Shown here: piece by piece, positions 1 through 10,736 of the stretch
Position numbering within the stretch: the first letter of the stretch is position 1
Layout: each line of letters opens with the position of its first letter
Assembly (NCBI GenBank): GCA_035084275.1
Contig: CM068742.1
Span: 93,124,001-93,188,000 of the forward strand
Length of the DNA: 64,000 nucleotides
Origin: Hydrolagus colliei
Taxonomy: Eukaryota
Direction of reading: 5' to 3'
Program-made: the position numbers and the translations under genes
Notes under the pieces: model-generated
What the model was told of the DNA's origin: nothing
Database searches by the model: none
The model's input: only the letters and a program-made list of their open reading frames with translations

Positions 1-20
1 ATGTGTGATGTCTTAGCTGT

Positions 21-204
21 TTATTTTCTCTCCTGTATCCAGTCCTTGCCACAGAAATGACCAAGAAGTTCGTGCAGGTCGTGTTTCAGGTCATCATGCT
101 GTAGTGCTTCAGGCACATTCTCTAGCTGTTCCTCGTGTATGTGCTTCCCCTCCTGATCCATCACCACAGTCCTCTTCTGTGTGTTAGCTTTACTCATGGT
201 CGTC
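21..204 (-). CDS. ANK2: ANK2 terminal coding exon (long frame RTTMSKANTQKR...WIQERK*; short frame DDHE* at 190-204)
   Basis: Acceptor ttttaag|GACGACCATGAGTAAA after a ~200-nt pyrimidine tract; TAA at 21-23. Confidence 0.9.
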
Positions 205-653
205 CTTAAAAGAGAGGGAGAGAAAGGGGGAAAACCAAGAAGAGAGGGGTAAAGTAAGTAGTAATAACTAGCAAAAAGAGAGTGAAAGAGAAAAACAAGA
301 GCAAAAAAAAGGTAGTAAAATGAAAGATAGAGAGCAAGAACACAGGGAAGGAATGAGAAAGCACAGGAGGGAGGGAGGCTGGGAGGGAAAGAAAAGAAAA
401 AAGAGCACACTCCACCGTTGCAACAGTTTTGTGCTTCAGCAGTTAAAAAAAGATACAAACCCTCGCAGTAAACTCAAGATAGCTCCACATGTTTGTTGTA
501 GAGTTACCCTATTAATGGTTAGTGTGCACTGATCACATCAATTACATAACATGACTACTGTTCAAACACTACCTGTTCACACGTCACTTAGTGTTAGCTG
601 GTCAGTGATACTCCTTTGCAGGAGAAACAAGAATGCTGCAAGCCAACCCAAAC

Positions 654-745
654 CTTTTAATAACTGATCCATCCTCTTTTACAATCTCTTTCTGAACTAC
701 ATTTGGGATGTAGTCTTTTCCGTGGATCCCTGCAAAACTTAAAGC
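654..745 (-). CDS. ANK2: ANK2 alternative C-terminal exon, 92 nt (ALSFAGIHGKDYIPNVVQKEIVKEDGSVIK R)
   Basis: cacccag|GCT...AAAAG|gtttgg; phase 0 to 2 fits the long frame of the terminal exon. Not in the ORF track. Confidence 0.85.
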
Positions 746-939
746 CTGGGTGAAATGGAAAACAATGCAAATTTAAAGGAGGGGTGAATATTACTGCAAT
801 GACAGTGTGTGCAATCCTTCTCAGTGAAGTCAATCAAAAAGGCAAGCTTGGGCTATATTGCTAAATCTATCAAGTTTTGAGCACAGGCACCACATTCAGA
901 CTGTTTAGTGCTCCAGTCAGACTGAACCGAGTGCAGTAG

Positions 940-1170
940 AAAGCTATGAGGTTGATCGTCAGGAATGAGTTTAGACAAGCAAGGTTTATTCAGTCTTGAG
1001 AGAAGATTAACTCAGAGTGAACCTCACAGAGGTGTGTAGAATTTTAAATGGGATAAAGAAGGTAAGACCAGAGCAATGCTTAAAATGCACCAAGACATTA
1101 GAACAGGACATAGGTTTAGAGTTGCAAAGGGCAATTTTAGGATGGAGAGCAGGAAGTTTTCCTTTACTCA
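940..1170 (+). mobile_element. Degraded CR1-type LINE ORF2 3' fragment
   Basis: ttattcagtcttgagagaaga...agaacaggacataggtttagagttgcaaagggcaattttagg...tttactcag resembles the CR1 LFSLEKRRL/TRGH/FFTQR tail. Confidence 0.6.
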
Positions 1171-1540
1171 GCTTGGCTCAGTGATCGCCTCTGAGTCAGA
1201 AAGTTGTGGGTTCAAATCCCACATTGGGTCTTGAACTCACATAGTCTAAGGTGCCACTCCAATGTAGTGCTGGACGGGTGCTGAATTGTCAGAAGTGCTG
1301 TCCTTCAGATAAGATGTTAAACTGAGGTAATCTGCCTGTTGAGGTGGACATTTAAGATTCCAAGGCACTATTTGAAAAGAGAAGGGAGTTGTCCCTGGTG
1401 TCCTGACCAATAAATAAATCACCTAAATAAAATTGGTCACTCACTCCATGGCTGTTTGTGGAACACGCTGTGTGCAACTTGCTGCCACATTCACCCACAA
1501 AATACAGTCACTCCACTTTACAGAATATCCTGTGAAGTGC
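1171..1540 (+). mobile_element. DeuSINE (SacSINE1/AmnSINE-like), near full length
   Basis: tRNA-like head (ggctcagtg...ggttcaaatcc), Deu-like core gatgttaaactgagg...ggcactatttgaa...ggtgtcctgaccaa, then gctgtttgtgg...gctgcc. Confidence 0.7.
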
Positions 1541-1554
1541 CTCAACAAGGTAAG

Positions 1555-1870
1555 TTCTGTAGTTTGGGTTCTGTAACCCAAGCAAGAGAGCTGGGTTCAA
1601 TTCCAGGCAGAGTGAAACCTTGGGCAAGTTTCCTTACTCCACACGACAAAAATAATAATCCCTCAAAACCCCTTCAATAATAAATTGATCATTTCAATTC
1701 ATGACTGCTTGTGGGAGACTGGCTGCCGTGTTTCACCCACAAATATAGTCAATTCAGTTCATAGTCTATTCTGAGAAGCGGTATGAGACGTCTAGAAGAT
1801 GTGAAAAGTGCTACATCAAGGTATATTATTATAAGGCTCTATATCAAATGCGAGGATTATTATTATTATT
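1555..1870 (+). mobile_element. tRNA-derived SINE (window's dominant family)
   Basis: B-box ggttcaattcc, aaaccttgggcaagtttccttactcc, tgtggga...ggctgccg, (tta)n tail. Confidence 0.8.
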
Positions 1871-2605
1871 TCTTAGAGAGTAAATAATAACAAGTTGCCA
1901 GGAAAGGTGTTTGAAGCACTATGTATGGACTCATTTAAAAAGCCGCTTGATAGGATGTGATGAAAAGGCAATAGGGTGGGTGGGTATTATCAAGCGGTGC
2001 GATCAGATAGGTTGAAGAACCTTTCTCATACAAACTAATCTGGTGAAAAAAAATTGGTGCAATGACCATATCTTTCCACCACAAAGTGGAGGTGTTGAGT
2101 TATTGTGATCAGAATAGGATCTCAGACTGCGTGAAAACCTTTAACGCTGCTTATGTCAATCATTAGCCATATCAGTTTCCATCTCACACAGATGTTACTT
2201 TTTTACATCTAATTTAAACACTTGAAATTTGAGATATCTGAGGCAAAATATTTTGAGGTTTTGTGCACAATATCCAGCAGATGGCGACATGGAGTGTCTG
2301 GAAATGATTCAGGTGAAGTGCTGCAATGCAGGGATTTCACTTCCATCAGTCAGTTTTTTCTATTTATGGTTTTGTTATTTTATCGTGCCTCTGATGGTTC
2401 ACACTGTAACTCACTAATCTAACCAATAACCTGATCTACAGGCGATCATTTAGAGCAAAGGGGACGTATTCCTCAAGATCCACTTTATAACAATTTCATT
2501 CACAAAATACGCTACACAGAATTTTACTCTGGAGTTACATTTCACAGCATAAACAACGCAGGGCGAGAAATCGACCATTGCTATGAGTTTCTAAATCTTT
2601 CGTAC

Positions 2606-2785
2606 CATATTGAAATCATCTTTGGCTGTTGGAAGGTCAGAGGATAATTTGGGGTCTCCCAGGTGTTTCTCCATTCTATCTCCATGGACCACGGTTGTCT
2701 TGACAACTTTGCTCACTTTGCGACCCGTAACGTGCTCTGACTGGAATTCAGAGCCAAAGGCCACTTGTGGTTCTGAGAAAGTCAC
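2606..2785 (-). CDS. ANK2: ANK2 alternative C-terminal exon, 180 nt (VTFSEPQ...GRKVSKVVKTTVV...AKDDFNM)
   Basis: cctccag|GTG...ATG|gtacga; phase 0/0; matches ankyrin-B alternative C-terminal sequence. Confidence 0.9.
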
Positions 2786-2857
2786 CTGGAGGTACAATAC
2801 AGACGTTTGTAATATCAGTGCAGAATACAAGCCAGTCGATTGGCTGATCCAGTGATA

Positions 2858-3305
2858 CAAATCCCTTAAAAAATAAATAATAATTTGGTCACTCAATCCA
2901 TCACTGTTTGTGGGACACTGGCACAATTGGCTGCCATGTTTCGCCCACAAAATATAAAATCAATTCATTTTACAGTACACTTATTCCTCGCTTAATGTCG
3001 CAATTGTGTTTGTGAAAAGTGTGACTTTAAGCAAAACGTCATTAAGCGAACCCGCGCAAGAACACCGGACGTTCAGTGTCTATGTACACCTGCCCTACCC
3101 AAAGTAGTTTGTTTCCACCCACACGAACAATGTAATAGCAAACGTCACTACGTTAGATGAATATACATTCCCCTATGTAACGTAGTCCCCTACGTTCAGC
3201 AATGTAATAATGAATCAAAGTTGTCTGAAGCAACGTTAAGCAAGGTCTACCTGTATATTCTGTGAAGCACTTTGAGATGTATCAAATGCCAGGATTATTA
3301 TTATA
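2858..3305 (+). mobile_element. tRNA-SINE 3' part, interrupted by a MITE
   Basis: SINE motif tttacagta|tattctgtgaagc is split by the 2978-3253 insertion. Confidence 0.75.
2978..3253. mobile_element. Tigger/TcMar-like MITE
   Basis: Imperfect TIRs cacttattcctcgcttaatg / cgttaagcaaggtctacctg; TA on both sides. Confidence 0.7.
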
Positions 3306-3916
3306 GAACGATAAGCAAAATCACTCATTCCTAGAAATACAAATAGACGCTACTCGTAAATAAATAGCTCTGATGGCTCAGTTGCTAAAGATAAGGTCCA
3401 TGTGACCTGAACGTACCAATTAGGAAGGTTTCAGATTCTGTGACTGGTTTTGTGGTCATCTAGTTGCTTAAAACTGGGGTCGCAGTTGGTCACTATAATT
3501 GACCTCTGGATTTCTAGACTAGGGAGTGGAAAGAAATAAAGATTTCCTCCTCCTGTTCACTGTATAGTGACATCTGCTGGAATGTATAGATATAATTGAG
3601 ATTGCTGACAAGAACATGATTGAGCGTGGCTATGATGTTGCCAACACTCGCTGCTTTAGTTATCCACTTGAAGAATGGTTACTGAGGTAATGTCGGATCA
3701 AATGGCATCAAGAGAGGCAATCCAACCCAAGGCATTTAAGAACAAATATTTGTATAATCTGCAATCTGTAATTACTCTGTAATGTTGAGAATCAAGGTAG
3801 AATTAGCTCTAGTTTTGTATCAAATTAACAGGAACACAGAGTATGAATAGGGTGTTAATTGAAGGAAACAAATGGTCAAATCTCAACTGAGTTATGAGTG
3901 GAGGGGTAAAGCTAAC

Positions 3917-4081
3917 CTCACTCTGCTCACTGTCACTTTTCAGGACAGTTCTCTTTAAGACTTTTGAATACTCATCGCCATCTTCAATTGTGATCGGTTT
4001 CTGCTCTTCCCCTTGCATTACCATCTCCTCCGTTTCAATACCATCAGGTGAAACTATGCGTCTGATGATCTTCCTGGTAAT
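3917..4081 (-). CDS. ANK2: ANK2 exon, 165 nt ([14 protein letters not shown]...KSDSEQSE), obscurin-binding region
   Basis: tgtcag|ATT...GAG|gttagc; phase 0/0. Confidence 0.95.
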
Positions 4082-4820
4082 CTGACAAAATAAAAAAGGA
4101 AACAAGTGGTGTATACATGTACAACATTTTTACAGTAACTTTGCACGTTGAATAGTTTCACATGCAATTCCTGTCAAATTTACTGTTTTCTGGAGGAAAC
4201 CTGGCCGTTGCAGCAACACGGTGCTAAATACACATAAGGTGAATGGCTAAAGGGCATGAGCAGAAACACGTTCTCTTATTGACTGGTATCAGGGGATCTT
4301 TGGTACCCACAAGATCACTAGACTGGTTTAAATAAAGGCGGATCCAGTCTCATCCTCCTTGAACAAGCGCTCCAAGACGCCGTCTGACATGGAGGGCGTT
4401 ATATAAATTGAAGTTGTTGTTGTTGAACACCCAACGTCCCATCCTGCCATCAGAGCATCAAGCTTTTTTTCTAAAATAAGTCCAGTGTCCTGGCCGCAAC
4501 CACACTACTTGGCAACTTGTTCCATTTGTTCATTATCCGCCAAGTGAAGGAAAACTGGTAAACTGCCCTGAAATTTGCCTTTACATATCTAATCCCAAGT
4601 TCTCCAGTTCTACTATCTTAATGCAGACTAAATTATTGATCTGGGCTTAGCTCTCCAATCTCATTTAACATTTTCTACATCCCTATGAGGTTGCTTCTGA
4701 GTCACCTTCTCCACTTGAAACACAAAAAACAGACCACGGTTTGATGTCTATCTGAACAATGGCACATCTGATAATACAGCACTAGCTCAGCATTGCATTG
4801 CTGTGTGATCTTGTAGAGTC

Positions 4821-5118
4821 CTGTAGCTCAGCGCTTAGCGCACTCGCCTTGCAAGCGAGAAACATGGGTTCAATTCCAGGCAGGGCAAAACTTTGGCAAG
4901 TATCCCTATTCCAAATGCCTAATAACAATCCCTCAAAAAATTAATAAATTGGTCAATTCAATCAATGACGGTTTGTGGGACACTGCTGTGTGCAATTGAC
5001 TGCCGCGTTCATCCACAAACATATGATCAATTCACTTTACAGTATATTCTGTGAAGGGCTTTGAGACGTCTGGAAGATATGAAAAAAGCTATATCAAATG
5101 GAAGGATTATTATTATTA
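4821..5118 (+). mobile_element. Full-length tRNA-derived SINE
   Basis: A-box tagctcagcg, B-box ggttcaattcc, Deu-like 3' core, L2-like tail with (tta)n. Confidence 0.85.
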
Positions 5119-5534
5119 TCATCTTAGACTATGTGCTCAAGTCCCAATGTGGGTCATAATCCATACTGTACAAACACACACTCTTACATAAGGGGAATAC
5201 TCAGTAATTTGGTTTGGACACTTAACAATGGTGATAGGTTTCTATTAGACACCTGGCTAGCTGACCAAAATAAGACAACCCACAACCCCTCTGACCAACA
5301 ACAACAACAAATTTACATTTCAAGAGCGCCTTTCACTTCTGGAGGACCAGAGCCAATAGTGCTATAAATGGCACCACCACACATTCTCTTCATCTATTTA
5401 TTTGACAGCACCAATAAGCATCACTTTGCTTTTTAATCATCAAGTCAAAAGGTAGATTGCCTCCTTGTCCCTGCCTAGGTATAATTAAAGAAAAGAAGGA
5501 TATACAGATTTTATTCGCCTCACTAATGCAATAC

Positions 5535-5618
5535 CTTTTTCACAACAATATTTCCATGTTCATCTGTATATTGTTCTTCTGTTACTGTCTCTGGTAGAAG
5601 ATCAGGCATGTCATCAGC
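5535..5618 (-). CDS. ANK2: ANK2 exon, 84 nt ([28 protein letters not shown])
   Basis: cctag|GCT...AAG|gtattg; phase 0/0; conserved ankyrin VTEEQ.TDE.GNIV.KK motif. Confidence 0.95.
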
Positions 5619-7106
5619 CTAGGAAGTGAATTGCATTATTAATACTTTTACTTGGATAACCTAGAATGTATACTATATTTTTAAAAAGTTCTATGGGGCC
5701 AGAAATGCAAGCTATAACAGGATTGAAAAGTAATTTGTAAATGCTGAATATTTCTAGTAATCAGGTGTGCCTCTCACCAAGCCACAGAAATTCTTCTCTG
5801 AATCAAATTGCTTCCAAATCCTTTACAAACTCTGCTGTGAAATCCGCATTTTTTGACCACCTTGTAACGATTTTATTGGGAAGAAGGGAATTCATGCTGG
5901 TTTTCACTTTATCCACTTTAACCTCTAAATACCAATATTGCTTGCATTTGTTTGATAGTGCCTTGTCACACTGAAACAAGTTACAGGGCTTTACACAACG
6001 ACTTGAATGAACTAAAGTGATTGTTGCTTTGTAGGCAAATGTAGCTACTAATTTGTAGCGTAAATACCTCACAACATGGCTCATAAACATTTGTAATCTT
6101 TTTGTGAATTTGGATGAAAGAAGATTATTTGCAGGGGATATTGACCACATCTTATTCAAAATAAATCAATGGGAGCTTTAACACCAGAATAGATGGGAAG
6201 AACCTTGAGTTGATCTCTCTTCTAAAAGACAGCACTTCCGACACTTCCCTTAGACTCCCATAGGACTGTCATTTGCAAAATGTCTTAACTCTGACCATTT
6301 ACGTTAAATGGGATTTTTCAGCCTAACGTTGTGATCAGTCGATGTCCAATGCGTGGCTTCTTAGCTCAACCATTAAAAAAAAGTCATGAAATCAATGGCT
6401 GAACTCTCACTAAGTTGCATTTTTCCAACACGTTTTAATTACCATCACCAGTGTTAATTCACACATCACACACTGCAAGTTTCACCCAAAGACACTAAAG
6501 GAAGATTTGAAGCTTGGAACACTCTGTAAACAAAAAAACGCAACTCTCAACAAGCTGTTGTTGTTTTTTCAAAGAGAGTGGAGCTCTTACCACCTGGTGT
6601 CTGCATTAGCTGAAAAACAGAAGCCTAGTATGGTCTCTGCACATGTAATTTCCTTTCTTGTTTCTAATCTTTAGGGCTCTTTGTGTCAAGAGCCACGGAA
6701 AGGTAGACTTACTGACTGAGGTCCATTCTTCTTTTATGGTTACACACAACGTTTTGATTAAATTTATGTCAAGACATTCAGGAAAATCACAAGAGACTTC
6801 ATGGGTATGCTCCATAGGAATGGGCACTCTGCATACTAAGGCACAACAAAATAAATCTCAAGCGTAGGCAAGAATTACGTCCTATGACTTTAAACTGTAA
6901 AATTTATCAAAGTAAAAATTCCAACCAGTGGCAAGAGCTACAGCCACACACAACATGCCACACACAATCCTAACATGCATTATTGAATAAGCGTGGGTAT
7001 TTAAATGTATTTAAGGCAACTACGGTCTAAATCCAGAACTGGTGCAATCCATCGTTACTTTTGTGTTGATTTAAAGGCAGAATCCAGCATTCCTCCCACT
7101 GGGTAC

Positions 7107-7196
7107 CTGAATGATAACCCGTCGCCGGATGACCCGAGTAGTTACAGTCTCCTCATCTGAACTGGTCTCCACTTCCCCCAGTTCTTCTGCTATCTC
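7107..7196 (-). CDS. ANK2: ANK2 alternative exon, 90 nt, obscurin-binding-type (EIAEELGEVETSSDEETVTTRVIRRRVIIQ)
   Basis: caccag|GAG...CAG|gtaccc; phase 0/0; TTRV.RRRV motif shared with muscle ankyrin isoforms. Confidence 0.9.
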
Positions 7197-7514
7197 CTGG
7201 TGAAGGCAGGTAAGCAGACAGGATTGCAAAAGCTGACAGACTTGAACCCCTCCCCACATTATTAATCGCCATAGGTTTATTTGTTTTAGGTCTGCAATTT
7301 GTTATAATCTATTTTCGAGTGAAAGGTTATTTTATATCATCTGTAGATTGATTCAAAATGCTGGATTCTTGGTCCAGCCTTCAAAATCTGCATCTTCTGT
7401 CACCTGAGCTCCGTTTCAGTCATTTTCTGTGATTTTCTTGTGAAGAGCAAACATTTCTGCTAATAGTATCTTTGCCACAAGATAACAATAGCAACCTGAC
7501 TGCAAAATACTGCT

Positions 7515-7815
7515 GGAAATCTGACGAACGGTCAAGGACCCAAAACTTTGACTCACTTTCCTTTCTCCATAGATGCTGTCTGACCTGCTGAGTGTTCCCA
7601 GCGATTTCAGATTTGGTTTCAGATTTCCAGCATCTGCAGTATTTTGCATTTTTGTTTACTTTTGATTCACTACCACTTCTCTTGTAGGAATGCTTACCTT
7701 GAAGAAGTTTTGCACTTCTGACGAAGGGTCATGAACCCAAAATGTTCACTCACTTTCTTTTCTCCATAGATGCTGCTTGACCTGCCGAGTGTTCCCAGTG
7801 ATTTCTGTTTTTGCT
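7515..7815 (+). mobile_element. Penelope-like terminal repeat, two direct copies
   Basis: Two copies of ctgacgaa.ggtc...cccaaaa...actcactttc.tttctccatagatgctg..tgacctgc.gagtgttcccag starting at 7521 and 7718. Confidence 0.55.
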
Positions 7816-7962
7816 TTTTAAATGATTGTTTCCTGGATTTACAGGCAAGTTTATCTCCTATTCTTGGTCACACCAAGACCCAAGTACAGTCAACCTGCTC
7901 ATAGGCTTCCTTAATTATTGCTATGAACTGGTCACTAGAATCGAGCCCACAACTTGTTCCTA

Positions 7963-8363
7963 CAGTAAAAGCTTGGTTATCTAGCACCCTCAGGACATGA
8001 CCAGTGCCATTTAATCAAATATTCCGGATATTCGAATGGCAAGTTGCTGAAAATCCTACGCAAAAAATTTACTTATTTTAAAACATATCATATTAATAAT
8101 AGACTAAGTAATAACAGAATATTGTATGGATACTTACCAACAAAGCATTCCAGCAACTCAGTAAAAGGATTGGTAGAATAAAAATTCCAGCGATCGTTAA
8201 GTTTAAGAAGTGCGCATGCGCATGCATGCGCAAAGTGAGCAAAGTGAGTGTTCCGGATGGCTCCAGTATGAGATCCGTTTGCTGGAATGGTAAATTGTAT
8301 TGGGAAATATCGGTTGGTTGAGAGTTCCGGTTGGTTGGGTGCCAGATAAACAACGTTTTACTG
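7963..8363. mobile_element. Tigger-like MITE
   Basis: TIRs cagtaaaagcttggttatctagcacc / ggtgccagataaacaacgttttactg; TA flanks at 7961-62 and 8364-65. Confidence 0.85.
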
Positions 8364-8812
8364 TATTATGCACCACAGCTTGGACTGTCCACAGTCAGCC
8401 TGCTCTAAATAAAAACCAAGCTTTCCTTCCACACTCTTGATGGTAATTTTTCTCATGCTTTGCTGAGTAAGAGAACACCAGAAAATAATGCCACAAAACC
8501 TAGTCAGAGATATGTTTTTTTCTTTAAGAAGTATCATTCTACTGAGAAGATAGCTCCGAGCCACAACTACGGTTGGGAGAGGAACATCCAATGCTTTTTG
8601 TGGTGGAGATAAGACCTGCTTCTGTCTGGCTTGCTCTCCTGAGAAGAATCTCTGCATCAGTTAAAAACCAAATGCCTGATGCATGAATAGAATTGGCATC
8701 CATTGGCAGAAAATCAAATTACGATGGCCTTTGCCTGGTACAAATAGACAAACTAAACCATCATGTGCTGTGTTACTCTTCCTATTTCATAAGGGTCTTA
8801 CCACTCTATTAC

Positions 8813-9032
8813 CTTTTCAAGTGAATCCTCAATGATTCTCTCAGAGACCTGTGGATGTTCCTCTGTTGTTTCCATTATACTGGGACCAGCTGCTTGTGGA
8901 GCTTGCACTCTCTCTAACATCCGAATTTCCTCAGGCTCCTGGATAATTGGGCTTGATTCCTCTATCCTCAGTTTTATTTCTGCAGCGTCCGTCTTCTCTG
9001 GCTCCTCTTCTTCAGCCTCAGGGCTAGTCACT
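8813..9032 (-). CDS. ANK2: ANK2 C-terminal regulatory exon, 220 nt (VTSPEAEEEE...ESSPIIQEPEE...EDSLEK)
   Basis: ttcacag|AGTG...AAG|gtaata; phase 2 to 0; SPIIQEPEE motif. Confidence 0.88.
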
Positions 9033-9658
9033 CTGTGAAATAGAATTTCACAACATTGGAATATTACAATTATTTGGACATTACTGACTACAGTGGAGAT
9101 TAATGTTTAGCTTTTGGAACTCTTTCACTCCTTCTTATCCTACACCCCTGCAGTACCCGCTGGCCTCATTTAGATTCAGCCTAAACTTTAAAAACTGGTT
9201 TCCCTGCAGTTGTTAAAGAGATCTGGCTTCCAAATTAAGACAAAACTTTCCAACCTTCTGCATGATTCCATAATCTTACATTTTAAAACAATGGTCTTTA
9301 AGGCTAAGACCGTATGAAATTTTGAGCATCAACTTCCATGTCTCTAACATACTGCCGTGATGTTAAAGGCAGGAATGTTGGAGAGGCACATAATATATGC
9401 TATCCCATTAATTTCTCACTCCTTGACTGGACCCTCAGGAATTTGAATTGAGTGTTGACAGCTACCACACGAAGAACTGAAATCTCTACACACCAGGCAG
9501 GAATAGTGTTGCAATATCCCAAAACACAAGTGGAGCTATTTAATATCATAGTTCAAAGGTCATATTTACTAAACTGACTACTACAATTTGAAATAATAGC
9601 TGAAAAATGATTCAGTTCCTTTACCTAACTGTGAACCGGATGAAAGACCAAAGCTTAC

Positions 9659-9983
9659 TTGGATCCTTTAGTTTGATTGTCCGGTATTGGCTTCTGTTCC
9701 ACCTCGACCTCTCGTTCCTTTTGAGTCTGTTTCACGAGCTCTGAGGTTGATAGTTCTTCCCCTGATTCTTCAAATTCCTCTTGTAGCTTTGCCCTGATTT
9801 TGGGGCTGGCTTCCTGAGATCTACAGTAACTGATAGATATATCTTCCTCAGAGACTAGTGGTGGTTGTGCTTGAAAGCTGTCGGCTTGTTGATCATGTCC
9901 TACTCTGGCTGAATCTTTAGCTTTTGTGTGCCCAAACCTCATTGCCTTTGGACTATAAAGATCTTCAGACAGAGCAGAGAAAC
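9659..9983 (-). CDS. ANK2: ANK2 C-terminal regulatory exon, 325 nt (GFSALSEDL...PPLVSEEDIS...QTKGS)
   Basis: ttctag|GTTTC...TCCAA|gtaagc; phase 1 to 2. Confidence 0.88.
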
Positions 9984-10589
9984 CTAGAATAGAAAAACAT
10001 CAGCCGGTTTTGAAAGTGTCTAAAGTAAGCATTGCAATAATAATGAGCTACATTCTGTTCCCAGGGATAAGCACCGTCTGCCATTCTCTGTGAGCTTGGT
10101 TAAACAACTTTAAATGATATTTTATATTGATAAATGTAATTTTATTATTAGAATTTTTATTAGTTATTTATAAACAAGTACACAGCAACAAATTCAGGCA
10201 ATTAACACTCACAAACTAAATAGTTATTCCTACACTGCATGCGATTAAAAAACTAAATTATTCATTGAAATACTTCAATAGATTGAAGTCTATTCCAATC
10301 CATTTTGAAGTTACAATAAATCAAAATATTAGTCTTACAAGCATACTCACTGTCCATTCATTTGGGGTCTGTATGCCTGGGTTTCAGTCACAGACACAAT
10401 CATATCCCATTAACAGATGATATGATATTATCAACAATGTAACCAAAAGTATTCTTCATAAAAATAATAGGAAACAATACACACCTACCTACTTTCACTC
10501 TGTGAAAGACCAGTTGGATTTTTTTTAAGGCACTTGTTTTCATACAGGTGCTTACATACAGGTGCTTTTATACTGCAGTATATGTTTAC

Positions 10590-10736
10590 CTTCACTGTGG
10601 TCCAACGCTATGGTCTGTTCAATCTCTGCGTAAGTGCGAGAGAGATGTTCTTTGCTAGGTGAAGACTGTGCGGTTTCCAGCAAGTTGATAATATCCATGC
10701 GGTTAATTTTGGTAAGTGTCTGCAGTAACCTTTCAT
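10590..10736 (-). CDS. ANK2: ANK2 death-domain end exon, 147 nt ([17 protein letters not shown]...[14 protein letters not shown])
   Basis: ttcaag|ATG...GAAG|gtaaac; phase 1/1. Confidence 0.95.

Noticed and set aside
205-458. Hydrophobic N-terminal part of ORF 21..458, resembling a membrane anchor
   Set aside because: It is the translated polypyrimidine tract of the last intron; a normal acceptor lies at 204.
4821-4885. tRNA-like sequences (also near 43270-43343, 59620-59686, 62690-62760)
   Set aside because: They are SINE heads: variable anticodon positions, no proper acceptor stem, fused to the SINE body.
10351-10376. Strong donor ACA|gtgagt with possible 18- or 26-nt exon
   Set aside because: No pyrimidine tract, and it gives a stop or phase mismatch; likely chance.
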